DNA of 64,000 nt, taken from Podarcis erhardii. Its lineage: Eukaryota. Shown piece after piece: positions 12,529-23,658 of this stretch (within the stretch, counting starts at the first letter, position 1; each line of letters starts with the position of its first letter). Position numbers and translations under genes: made by a program. The stretch lies in the NCBI GenBank assembly GCA_964252035.1, contig OZ176200.1. One strand, written 5' to 3'. Below the pieces are notes generated by a model. That model ran no database searches. It was not told the DNA's origin and saw only the letters and a list, made by a program, of their open reading frames with translations.

Positions 12529-15057
12529 ATGGCCTGTGCACATTCTGGCCAGATGGCTCTATCCTTTCCCCTCCTCACGCCTGAAAACTATGCAGTTTGG
12601 CAAGTTAAGATGAAAGCGCTTTTGCAGAGGGAAAAGCTATTTCACACCATAGAAGATGACCCTCCAGATAAAGATGATGATGATTGGGCTGAGTGGCATG
12701 CTGCAGATATGAAAGCCCGAGGGACAATTGTTTTGAGTGTTTCAGACCACTTGCTGGTGAACCTAGAGGGTCAAGAGACTGCACAAGCTGTTTGGCATAA
12801 GTTGAGAGATATGCATCTGAGACAAAATGCTGGTTCCAGTGTGATTTTCTTCAAGAAGCTGTGCAGGTTGGAGTTGCAGAAAGGTGGTGATTTGCCTAGC
12901 CATCTATCTCAGTTAAAGCGTCTCAGACAGGACCTTGTTCAGCGAGACCTGGCTATTTCAGAGGCTGTGTTTGCAATGCTGATGATAAATAGCCTAGATG
13001 ATTCTTACGATGGAGTAGCTACCCAGATTTCCACAATGCCTGCTGACCGGCTAACAGAAGATTATGTGTCTAGCGTGCTCTTGAATGAGTGGGATCGCAG
13101 ACAGGCTGTTAGAGAAAGCCGGGACTGTGCTGCTAAAAATGTGCTTGAAAATGTGCCTGAGTCTTCAGCAGGGGAAAGTGAAAGTGAAACTGCTGCTGTT
13201 AAAGCTTTGAAATTGAAGCGGTGCTTTTCGTGTGGAGCACAAGGCCATTTGAGTTTCCAGTGCTGCAAGAAATCTTCAAAGAAGAAGGGAAACTTCAGAG
13301 GCAGAGGGGGAGGAGGACGAAATCCCCAAGCACCTGCTACTTCAAAGGCTTTGATCTCTCGCTGTCCCAATCAACGTGGGCGGAGTTTCTTCGTGATCGA
13401 CTCTAGCTTTACCAACCACGTAGCCAAAGATAAGGATCTCTTTGTTCAGCTTGAGAAGCAAGAGAAAGAAATTCATCAAGCAGATGGGACACTTCTCACG
13501 AGTGAGGCTAAGGGAACTGTGTTCTTCAAGAGCCTGAATGCAACAATTAAGAATGTCCTGTATGCGCCTGATATTCAGGACAATTTGTTGAGTGTTTCCC
13601 AGCTTGATCATCAAGGTTTTAAGGTGGTGTTTGCTAAATCTCGCTGTGAAATTCGTCGAGATGGCAAGCTCATTCTATATGCAAAATGTGTAAATGGTCT
13701 GTACCAATTGCCTTTTGTTTCAGGTACAGGTACTGCAGAAGCAACTGAGAAAGAGTGTTGCAATTTGTCTGTTGATAAGAATGAGAAGTTGCATGACCAA
13801 TGTATTCATTATTACCACCGTGTTTATGCTCATTTGAATTTCCAGGCTGTGGCAAAAATGCCTGATATGGTTCAGGGTATGAAGCTGAAAGAATGTCCCT
13901 ACCACATGAAATGTGTTTCTTGTGCTGAGAGTAAGGCAAGGCAAGCTCCCAAAGGTACAGAGTCTGGGAGAGAGGCCAAGAAACCATACGAAGTCATTCA
14001 TGCAGACTTAGTGGGGCCTCTAGCGCTCTCTAGAGGCAATTCAAGGTTTTTCATGGTTTTGATAGACTCCTACTCAAAATATGCTTGGGTCTATATACTA
14101 CAGAAAAAGTCTGAAGCCTTTACCAAGTTTCGTCAGTTTTGTAAATGGCTCAGGAATGTACATAATGAGAATGTACATTGTATTTTCACTGACAGGGGTG
14201 GAGAGTTTTGTTCAGAGGAGTTTGAGGCTTTTCTTTCTGAACAGGGCATTGAGCATAGGACTGCCACGCCCAGATCCCCCTGGCAGAATGGTTTATGTGA
14301 GACCCTGCAGCAAGGAATCAGAACATTGTTACATGATTCGGGGCTGCCCAATCCTTTTTGGGCCGAAGCTCTTTCGTTTTTCTGTCACGTGTATAACAGG
14401 AGGTACCAGTCCGCAGTAAATTGCACCCCATATGAGATGCTTCACGGAAGGAAGCCATGTGTGAAGCACTTTAGAATTTTTGGGTCGGAGGTTTGGGTGC
14501 ACACCTCGCAGGGTGACAAACTGAGTAAGCGTGGAGAACATGGTGTTTTCCTAGGATATGAGAAAGGGTCTTATCGTGTCCTGATCACAGACACGAAAAC
14601 CATAAGGCTGACCAGGAGCATTGACGACAATCCACAATGGGACAGAGTTGGCGTTTTTCAGTGCCATCCCATTTGTGATGATGGTGCAAGAGGGGCAAAG
14701 AAAGTTAAGAGGGAGGCAAGTTCTGATGTGATTGATAATCCTGATGCCAATGTAGTTCCGGATGGTGGCACAGATTATCAGAGCCCAAAAGCCTCAGGTG
14801 AGTCTGACACTGACTCAGACTTAGCAGCTTCATATACTTTAGCTCCCCATTCTCCCAAGGAGGAGGAAGCACCAGAACAAGAGGATCAAAGAGTTTTGCG
14901 CAGATCCGAGAGAACCACCAAGGGTGTACCACCGAAAAGGTTTTCTGAAGAGTTCGCTAAGGCTGCGGTCACATGCAACTCTGGTGGGGTTTTTAAACCT
15001 AGCATGAAGTGTGCTGAGAGTAGTAGCACAAAACGCTTCATTTATTTCCTTACCTGA
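12529..15057 (+). CDS. Copia Gag-protease-integrase polyprotein (842 aa), no RT/RNase H
   Basis: Gag N-term NYAVWQVKMKALL; zinc knuckle CFSCGAQGHLSFQC (C232-C245); protease FVIDSS...NVLYAPDIQDNLLSVSQL; HHCC YHRVYAH...CVSC; integrase D493 (IHADLVGP), D555 (FTDRGGEF), E591 (QNGLCE); SH3-like GVFLGYE; ends after RRSERTTKGVPPKRF. Confidence 0.93.
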   Translation: MACAHSGQMALSFPLLTPENYAVWQVKMKALLQREKLFHTIEDDPPDKDDDDWAEWHAADMKARGTIVLSVSDHLLVNLEGQETAQAVWHKLRDMHLRQNAGSSVIFFKKLCRLELQKGGDLPSHLSQLKRLRQDLVQRDLAISEAVFAMLMINSLDDSYDGVATQISTMPADRLTEDYVSSVLLNEWDRRQAVRESRDCAAKNVLENVPESSAGESESETAAVKALKLKRCFSCGAQGHLSFQCCKKSSKKKGNFRGRGGGGRNPQAPATSKALISRCPNQRGRSFFVIDSSFTNHVAKDKDLFVQLEKQEKEIHQADGTLLTSEAKGTVFFKSLNATIKNVLYAPDIQDNLLSVSQLDHQGFKVVFAKSRCEIRRDGKLILYAKCVNGLYQLPFVSGTGTAEATEKECCNLSVDKNEKLHDQCIHYYHRVYAHLNFQAVAKMPDMVQGMKLKECPYHMKCVSCAESKARQAPKGTESGREAKKPYEVIHADLVGPLALSRGNSRFFMVLIDSYSKYAWVYILQKKSEAFTKFRQFCKWLRNVHNENVHCIFTDRGGEFCSEEFEAFLSEQGIEHRTATPRSPWQNGLCETLQQGIRTLLHDSGLPNPFWAEALSFFCHVYNRRYQSAVNCTPYEMLHGRKPCVKHFRIFGSEVWVHTSQGDKLSKRGEHGVFLGYEKGSYRVLITDTKTIRLTRSIDDNPQWDRVGVFQCHPICDDGARGAKKVKREASSDVIDNPDANVVPDGGTDYQSPKASGESDTDSDLAASYTLAPHSPKEEEAPEQEDQRVLRRSERTTKGVPPKRFSEEFAKAAVTCNSGGVFKPSMKCAESSSTKRFIYFLT

Positions 15058-15425
15058 CATTTGAAGGATCAGGATTGAAGAAGCAAGCATGTGTTTAAAG
15101 TGGTTTGTTCAAATCTGCCTAATTAGCAATGTCAATTTGTATTTGAGGGAAGAAATGTGTGTGAAGATTTTCCAGAAGCTGCTTATTCATTTGTGTATTC
15201 ACAGTGTGTATTTTGTGTAAACTGCAGGTTGAGATTTATGTTTTAACTCTTTCCTAATAGACACAGAGTGGTTGCAGTAACTGTATAATGGTATTGATAA
15301 AAGTGTCTTAGATAAAGGGGGAGAGAGATACCTGCAAATATGTTACCAAGGTTGTAAGCAGAGAACAACTTTTGGAGTGTGTGTGTAAATTGCAGTTATG
15401 TTAAAGATTCTTGAATGGTCGGATG

Positions 15426-15438
15426 AAATGGGGGAGGA
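15426..15438 (+). promoter_or_regulatory. Polypurine tract
   Basis: AAATGGGGGAGGA immediately before the TG start of the 3' LTR. Confidence 0.85.
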
Positions 15439-15978
15439 TGAGGAGATTTCACCCCTCCCATATCCAAGAATCTCCTGAGGTCTCTGCTGACTCTACAGAG
15501 AGGAGGAGCAATGTACTGCTCTCTACTTAATTAGTCAAGTGAGTGAGTCAGTCTCTGTGTGAGAGAGAGAGTCAGTCAGTGTGTCGGAGAGAGAGTGCAA
15601 GAGATCGTGTTTATAGATAAGATTGCTGCTAAGAGCAGCTGCAGGCACTCAGAGTATAGCATTGATTTATGCTCAGAATATTTAGCTCTGTATATAGTTT
15701 GTATCATAGCTGTAGTTATAGAATAAAGGAGGATATTTTACAGAGCTGCTCTCCGAGTGGTTTATACTCTGCAAGACTCTGCAAAACGCTGCTGCGCAAC
15801 GACTGTATTATTGAGACAGTGAATCCGGTGCTCTCAGCTCCAAGCTGTGAGTCCACAGCACTGTGACCTGTTCCTGTGGGAAAGGAGGTCTCTGGCAGTG
15901 CTACCCAGCTCGCCTAGCCCAGTCGGGGCTGTAGTGCATGAGTCCAGTCGGTACACTGGCTCAAGGGCGATGCTGACA
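15439..15978 (+). repeat. 3' LTR (540 bp, TG...CA)
   Basis: Begins TGAGGAGATTTC and ends GCTGACA; matches the 5' LTR at offset 3791. Confidence 0.95.
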
Positions 15979-16232
15979 GTGGGAGCAGGTCTTGTTTCCC
16001 TAGTTTTCCCTCTGTTTATGCTGCAGACTTCCAAAATTGAATGTAGATAGATAGGTTGACTACAGCTGCTGTCACACACCACATATTTAATTGAAAGCTG
16101 CAACAGTCTGATGAGGAAGAAGAGAACAGCTAGTATTGAGGTGGGGAAAAGGTTCATTCCCCCAAACTAGCAGTAAGCAGGAAATCTACAATATCTGTAC
16201 ACATGCACCTATTTCACAACTTTCCCATGGAA
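15979..16232 (+). repeat. 254-bp host segment, right copy of the duplication flanking the copia element
   Basis: Starts immediately after the terminal CA of the 3' LTR; identical by eye to 11400-11653. Confidence 0.95.
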
Positions 16233-17730
16233 AAAACTCAAAGGTCTTATTGGCTCAGTTGTGACTGGACAAGGGGAGGGACAATAGCAGTTCAGCATAT
16301 GGATTATTATTATTTTTAACCCCCTGCAATTAACCTTCATAGACAGTCACCACCCACTGTATTTTTTCTGGATATGCATCTTACAGCTAAGCTTTACTAT
16401 ACAATGACTTGACAGGTCTCAACTGGTTTGTAAGTTTGGAGTCACTAGGGAAGTGGAACCAGTGGCCACTGAAGAGACTGCCTCTGTTCCTTTTGGAAAT
16501 CATGCTGCAGAATCCTCTAATGCAATAATCAAAAATCTATCCACAAGTTAATTCTGTTGTCACTTGCATGGAATCCAAAGCATGAAAATATGTCTGCTTC
16601 AGGATGAACTGTTAGTCAAACTTTTGAATTGCCATTTCTCCCTCATCATTGAATCTCGACATAAATATCATCAAGCAGCTCTTACTGATGTGCTTGATAT
16701 TTTACCGTAATTGGCTGCATTGTAATACTACGTTTTGGTCTTCAAAGTGCCTTGTGATATTTTATAAGAGAGTGTAGATTATCAATATTTTAAATAAATA
16801 AAAAATGTCAATTTTTTTTTAAAAAAGCTCTTTGCTGATTATGAAATTGTCTTCCAGGGATCATGGGGAAATAATTAGCATAGCAACCATGTGACAAAAA
16901 TGAAGGCCTGATCATGTGGTAATATTACTCACAAGTATTTCATAGCTGGAGTTCTAGAAATTTCCCTTTATTTCTTTACACAGGTGAACACTACTCACTC
17001 TAGGCGGTTGGGTCATCAAATGCCAGCCTCTCTTACATCATACCATCATGACTGTCAACAAGCAGCTCTGAGAAAGCTCTTTTGATGAAGTAATTCTTTC
17101 CAGAGCCAGCCTTCTTTGACAGTGTGTACATTTGAAACACAAGATCTCTGAACCTCACAGTTCTCCCCAAGGCCTTTGTCAAATGTTGTGATAATATTAA
17201 AATATAGTGCAAAGTTTTATTCAAAGCAAGCTCATCCTCGTTTGGAGTTATATAAACCAGTTGACTATATTGTCTTTGGTGCTAGCTGTGGTTGTACCTT
17301 GCCTCTAAACCAATTCTTGCTGTTTTTACTCCTTGTTCCTTCTCTCACTAAGTGGTCAGTTTTGTCTTTTGGAGATTTTGTATAAAGAGAACTCACTTAT
17401 GGCAGTGATGGAGACAGAGGAGCTAATTTGCTCTCTCTTCATCACATTGGTCATTCTGCCACGTCCTCCCTGTCTTGTTAGGACCACAGACCATGCTGTC
17501 ACTTCCTATAAAGTGACATTTATTTCTTGTTCAGTTACCACATGACAGATGTGGAGGTACTTATCACTATTCCAATCACACTTTTCTTGTAAGTTAGTTC
17601 TGACTAAGGGCAGTGTGCTGAAAAAGAGAGGGCTCCTACACCTTTAATAGAAAATAGGTTATTTCAGCATCCCACCTTTTTCACCTGGCTATCGTATTTA
17701 TTACCCTTCCTGAGCTGCATTTTGCAATAC

Positions 17731-17823
17731 TGACAGTGGAATCATGCACATACCTTCTTGGAAGTAAGTCCCACTGAGTTCAACGGGACTTACTTCCAGG
17801 TAGGTGTGAACAGAATTGCAGCC
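17731..17823. mobile_element. Short palindromic squamate interspersed repeat
   Basis: Hairpin core GGAAGTAAGTCCC..GGGACTTACTTCC; degraded relatives near 26590-26690 and 41705-41760. Confidence 0.55.
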
Positions 17824-17845
17824 GCAAAAGGTCCAAAACAGAATA

Positions 17846-18071
17846 CGGTGGTACCTCGGGTTAAGAACTTAATTCGTTCTGGAGGTCCGTTCTTAACCTG
17901 AAACTGTTCTTAACCTGAAGCACCACTTTAGCTAATGGGGCCTCCCGCTGCCGCCACACCGCAGCTGCGCGATTTCTGTTCTCATCCTGAAGCAAAGTTC
18001 TTAACCCGAGGTACTGTTTCTGGGTTAGCAGAGCCTGTAACCTGAAGAGTCTGTAACCCGAGGTACCACTG
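17846..18071 (+). mobile_element. Tc1/mariner-pogo (Tigger-like) MITE, copy 1
   Basis: TIRs C(A/G)GTGGTACCTCGGGTTA...TAACCCGAGGTACCACTG, TA TSD on both sides, internal TAACCTGAA repeats. Confidence 0.88.
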
Positions 18072-18680
18072 TAGTTACTTACTATGAGAGAGTGATAAGG
18101 AACTCTCTATCTGGAATAGGCAGCCTGTAACAACAACTACCTTGGTTGTGGAACTGGGAAAGTTTGAAACCTTCTCTCATGATAGCCACCTACTGAAGTG
18201 ACACAATTTATCTATTCAAATCACAGAATTCTACTTTGTAAGTCTCAAAACTTTAGAAACTAATGGGTATAAATTGGCATAAAGGAGCTAAAGAATTTCC
18301 TGAAAGATAGCATTTTGTTTTTGCTTCTGACCCATCACTCTTTGTTTAAAACTTGGAGGGAAAAAGATTCCATTTGTCTACAAGAGCATGCAGTTCTCCT
18401 CAGGTTGTTTTTCCTCATTTGGCAGACAAGGACTGCCTTGTTTCCGCTTCATCTACAAATAAATCAAGAAATCTGTCAGTGCATGGCATCTGCTTGAGAA
18501 ATAAGAAGAGAAAAAGAAAATATGTTGATAGAAAATACCTAAAGCTTATAAGGGCAGCATTTGTTTGTTTTTACAATGAAACTGAAATTCCAAAATGTAA
18601 ATTTCCCCCAAAGACTGCTGAAACTCAACATGAGATTATTACTTGCCAATGGGTAATTGTTAGTCCGTAACTCATCCTGG

Positions 18681-18954
18681 GGGACGCGGGTGGTGCTGTG
18701 GGTTAAACCACAGAGCCTAGGACTTGCCATTCAGAAGGTTGGCGGTTCGAATCCCCACGACGGGGTGAGCTCCCATTGCTCGGACCCTGCTCCTGCCAAC
18801 CCAGCAGTTCGAAAGCATGTCAAAGTGCAACTCTGGTTCGCCAGACATGACCCGGAAGCTGTACACCGGCTCCCTCGGCCAATAAAGCAAGATGAGCGCC
18901 GCATCCCTAGTGTCGGCCACAACTGGACCTAATGGTCAGGGGTCCCTTTACCTT
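18681..18954 (+). mobile_element. Sauria SINE with an internal deletion
   Basis: tRNA-like head GGGACGCGGGTGG..GGTTCGAATCCC, BovB-type tail GGGGTCCCTTTACCTT, 13-bp TSD TAACTCATCCTGG (18668-18680, 18955-18967). Confidence 0.88.
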
Positions 18955-19953
18955 TAACTCATCCTGGAGGTTCAATTCTGATTCATTCCTATCAGTGCTA
19001 TTGCACAATGTAATTGCTATCCCTGCTAACCTCTGCTGTAACATCCACCTTTCGTTCCAGCATCCTTTTCCCATCTCCTTAAGCTCTCCTCTAGCAGCCC
19101 CCAAATTCTTACATCCTCCTCCCTCTTGCTCATTCTCCACCACAACTGGTCCCCTCTCTTCAGTTCAGGACTCATCTCTTTAGATCATTCTTGGATCGTG
19201 CTATTCTCTACAGCTTGGTTGTTGCATTCTAGTTGAGTTCTTCTTTTGCACAATTGTTTTCTTAAGCATGTTGCACAAGCCCCACAACCCACCCTTTATT
19301 TTGTCCATTAATAAAATCCATTATCTACCATTGGAATTCTCCATTCATTTGCTGTACTCTTGAAAGGATAACTGAATCTTGTAAGGGTTTCCTCCCTGCC
19401 CCCTTTTTCTTCTAGTCATTTACTTCCTTGAAACCTACCTATTAACATCATGTGAATCAATAAGGCTAAATGATTTTAAAAGTTCTTTTAGCTCTTAGTT
19501 AGTCCCTGTTGTACAATTCCACCAGCTGCAACAATAATAGGGCCATTTATTTAAAACAATGAGATAGATCCAATTATAATTCCACTTTGTCTTTTCCCAC
19601 ATCTGGGCCAGTTTTGATATAACCCTTTGCATCTTCCCAGTGAAAGTGTGGTTTGTAACATTATCACTTTGCAGTGATTTGCCCAACTTAGTATTTAAAG
19701 AGCTCTGGGGTTGGTTTGTCCCTACTCACATCCTTCTCTGACTCAAGAGAGTACCTGTATAATATCAATGGTTTCTGAATCCCTTGATGACTCTTTTCTC
19801 AGTACCCAAGTTTCATGGAGTCATTCTAACACTCAGCAACTCAATTAAAAAAAAAAATGATAGAACTGGCAAATTCATATAGAAAAACCATCCCTGCAGA
19901 AGCAAATGATTCTTTAAAAAAAGGCAGGGGGAGAAAAATGACTAATTAAAGTA

Positions 19954-20184
19954 CAGTGGTACCTCGGGTTACATACACTTCAGGTTACAAATGCCTTAGG
20001 TTACAGACTCCGCTAACCCAGAAATATTACTTTGGGTTAAGAACTTTGCTTCAGGATGAGAACAGAAATCCCGCAGCAGCAGTGGGAGGCCCCATTAGCT
20101 AAAGTGGTGCTTCAGGTTAAGAACAGTTTCAGGTTAAGAACAGACCTCCAGAACGAATTAAGTTCTTAACCCGAGGTACCACTG
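19954..20184 (-). mobile_element. Tigger-like MITE, copy 2 (opposite orientation)
   Basis: Same TIRs and TA TSD as 17846-18071. Confidence 0.88.
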
Positions 20185-20254
20185 TACCAGTGGCCTGGAG
20201 AAGCCTCAAGAGTGCTTTGCCACTCCACATAGGACAAGCTGGTGTTGCAATTGC

Positions 20255-20600
20255 ATTTTTTAAAGTGAACTACATGGTGTATGAAGAACTACCTCCTTTT
20301 ATCTGTTCTGAATCCCTCAACAGTCAACTTCATTGGATGACCCCATGTTCTACTATTATGAGAAACAGAGAAAAACATTTTATATTCCCTTTCCCCACAC
20401 TATGCAGAATTTTATACAATCCTGTTGTGTCCATTACTTCTCCCCACAGTTAGCTTTTTTTCTAAATTGGAAGTCCCAACATTGTAGCCTTCCCTCATGG
20501 GGGTGGGGCTTCTGACCTTTGATAATTTTCAAATTTTTAGGATGTGTTTTCCAGACTTCAAAGAACAGCATTATATTTGACTACAAGGAATCAATATTTG
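20255..20600 (-). mobile_element. CR1 LINE ORF2 C-terminal fragment (decayed)
   Basis: Minus-strand translation SHNSRTWGHPMKLTVEGFRTDKRR* matches the CR1 C-terminal motif. Boundaries approximate. Confidence 0.7.
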
Positions 20601-21841
20601 AATCTTACCTTAGAAACCCTCTTTGCATTCCTGCTACCATGTCATAGCCACTTTCCCAAAGCTGCAATAAATATGAGATCCTGCCACCATATGGGTGAGA
20701 TAAAGTCTTCCTCCCCACCTCCAGGAGGAAGGGCAGGAATCAGGTGGAAAAGAAATATGCCATCAGCCCTGCTCACACTGCTCCAATCTTTAGACACATA
20801 ACACACAGGTGTGAGGATGCACCACTGGAATGCGCCTTCCAAGTCGTGTCACAAGGCGGGGCCATTGGCGACTTAGCTAAAGAGGCTGTAGGCAGTAGCT
20901 GGTTATGTACAGCTGCCCTGTAATGTCACTTAATTTGTTCTGGAGAATTGTTTGATTACAGCAGTTTAGCTGTACTTTGGCTCTTATTATTATGACTAAT
21001 TTATGATTTATTGAAGCCAGCCTCCATGTTATCACTCTGAATTATACTGCAATCGTTCTCTTACTATCTACACCGTAAATCAGTGCACACAGTGTCTTAA
21101 TGTGTTGGTTATTATGGACTGAAGAACACCTTAAAATGATGTCCTGGCCCACTTGGAAGACATTTTACAGACCCTAAAAAAGACAATGCTCATCTGTTTG
21201 AACCCCCTGACTGCAGCTGGCTTCTTCTTTTCTGCTGCAGTCTCTTGTCTGAAAATGGCAGAGCAGCACACAGCAGCTGCCGTTGTTGCCTCACAGCTTC
21301 CTGGAGCCTGATCTGTCAAACAGGAGCCACTGTAGGTTTCTCCCCAATCATCTCTCCCCTCTGTGCCAAATGTCTGGAGAACAGGGATGGAGGGGAAACA
21401 AGCAGCTTTCAAATCCCAAGGCAAAGTCTTCCTTCTTTCTTTCTGTCCTTTCTTGAATTTACTTTGGCACTAAAAGCAAGGCTTGCTTATGTCAACTGGC
21501 CAGAAGAGAAAAGATTTTGGTTCAGGTTACAAAGATCTTCTTGAGTGGGTGCAATTGCTTCTGCACAGATACAGGGCTTTTCTGACAATGGAAGCTCAGC
21601 CTTGCATGCTATGCAATTCTTAATTTACAGTGCAGCTTGCTGCTGATGCAAGCCAACAACTGAAAGGTGAGGCTGAGAAAATCTGCCCAATGCTACATGC
21701 CCCTTGGAATCCCAGGAATTTATTGGATCCTCAAATATTTGCACCTACCAGTGGCTTGGCAGGGAAAGGGCAACTCTCCAACCCCATGCCTGTCTCTTAG
21801 GTTACACAGAACAGAGGTTGAACCAAGACATTCTGCTGCCT

Positions 21842-21973
21842 GAGGTGAAAATGGCACCTTCCCATTCCACATATAAGAGCTGAATGGGATGGAAGCTGAA
21901 TCTTACTTAAACTGGCAATGGGTCAAGGTCCTCTACTCTATCTGGAGGAAGCTTGCTATCTTAGAGAGTGCAG
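21842..21973 (+). repeat. Left arm of a ~130-bp inverted repeat
   Basis: About 90% identical (by eye) to the reverse complement of 23659-23789. Confidence 0.9.
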
Positions 21974-23140
21974 ATAAAACCCCTTGTCTTGGATCCTAAA
22001 GTAAGAGATTGGAAAGCATTTTCTCTTTCCCCTTCTGTCTCTTGCATATACTTGCTAGCCCTGAAAAGCCCCTCTGTAAACAGCCCCTCCTGAACCGTAT
22101 GGGATGGGTAGGTAAGAGGGAAATACAGTTGACCTGAATTTGAATGATTCCGTTTTGGTCAACAGCCTTCTGTAACCCATCACACATTGTTCAGAAGGGA
22201 CCGCTGAGTCTCTGGAAATATTTTTCAGTGGGTGCTGATAGTGTGGGGTGGGGAAGAGGGGATGGGAAACGTTCCTTTCTTGAATATCCTTCAATTCACT
22301 TGTCTTATGAGTCATAATGGCTACAATCTACCAGAACCTTTTGAAAACATTGAAAATCCTGAAACACAAGTTCTCACCACTGTTCATTGATCCTGTACAT
22401 GCCAACTTGACTGATCTACCAGGAAACTGCATGACTAACCTTCAAGAAGAGGATCACTATTTGATAAGCCCCATTAATCCATTCTGGGTTCAGAGTTAAA
22501 TATACTTGGCTTGGAACAAAAAATGGATCAACATGATTTACTGAATGCACATTCCCTGTCCCCTAGGATAGCAACATCGACGGCAGATTTGTTGAGTTTA
22601 AGTCAAAAATTCTTTAAACTTGCTTAATGGATTTAGGCTGCATGCCTTTCTTCCTACCTGAAACTGAGAAATTGCAGAGCATCTGGGCTGGATGTTTTAT
22701 GATACCAAATTTCCTTTTACTTCTGCCAGGGCATCCTCTAGGGTTTTTCCCCTTCTGTTTTCAAGGACTCTGTAGTTGTGACTGTGCCCTTTGTTCATTG
22801 CTGCAAAAATGGCAGGTGCAAGTGAAGGGGTTGCACAGCCTGGGCACACTTCTTAATAATGTGCATGCCTGATGTTGTTAGTGACAGACGGCAGGAGATT
22901 AACTTGTTGTGGTCTTCCTAGTTTTGTTCCCTTGACATAGCAGAAAGGGGGGGGGGAGAAAGAGAATTTTCTTTCCCTCTCTTTTACTAATTATAACCAC
23001 CCACAAACAGCTGTAGAAGGGATCAGGAAAATGGCCCAATAATTCTGAGAGCTAATGTTACAGGGCTCTGGAAAAGAAACAGCAAAGAGGGATTTCAGTT
23101 TTTCCTCCTTGCTCTGTGAGTGAACATTTAGTCTTGACTA

Positions 23141-23382
23141 CAGTGGTACCTCTGCTTAAGTACTTAATTCATTCTGGAGGTCCGTACTTAACCTGAAACT
23201 GTTCTTAAACTGAAGCACCACTTTAGCTAATGGGGCCTCCTGCTGCTGTCGCGCCGCCGGAGCATGATTTCTGTTCTCATCCTGAAGCAAAGTTCTTAAC
23301 CTGATGCACTATTTCTGGGTTAGCGGAGTCTGTAACCTGAAGCGTATGTAACCTGAAGCATATGTAACCCGAGGTACCACTG
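23141..23382 (+). mobile_element. Tigger-like MITE, copy 3
   Basis: CAGTGGTACCTC...GAGGTACCACTG TIRs, TA TSD. Confidence 0.88.
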
Positions 23383-23658
23383 TATATGCTCTCATATTTT
23401 ACTAAGCTCTTTTGTATGGGATGAATTAACCCAGACTAAATTTTTCATAGGACACTTCCTAGAGCCACTGGTGATATTTCTGGCAATTCTAGGCACACGG
23501 AGGAAAAATCCTGAAGTCTGTGCATCCAAACACACAGGAGAGACGTGTTATCCATCAATACCCATTCTAGATTCCATGGCAAGTACTTGGCTGTCAGTAT
23601 GAATTCGGGGGGAAATAGCGTCATTCTGTGCTTTAGGATCCAAGACAATGAGTTTTAA

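Larger units (their letters stand above)
11654..15978 (+). mobile_element. Young Ty1/copia LTR retrotransposon, RT/RNase H-deleted (non-autonomous)
   Basis: Two identical LTRs, PBS, PPT, and an ORF with Gag, protease and integrase in copia order; internal region only 3251 bp. Confidence 0.95.

Noticed and set aside
12043-12543. 166-aa antisense ORF over the copia leader
   Set aside because: Low-complexity (Ser/Gln/Thr) from triplet repeats in the leader; starts at GTG; no homology signal.
15075-15100. RSKHV as the copia RNase H RxKHI motif
   Set aside because: It lies ~250 bp from the ANML-TK remnant rather than the expected ~90 bp; probably coincidental.
18681-18760. tRNA gene candidates at SINE heads (also 57290-57346)
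   Set aside because: They continue into SINE bodies and tails and lack a complete cloverleaf and terminator.
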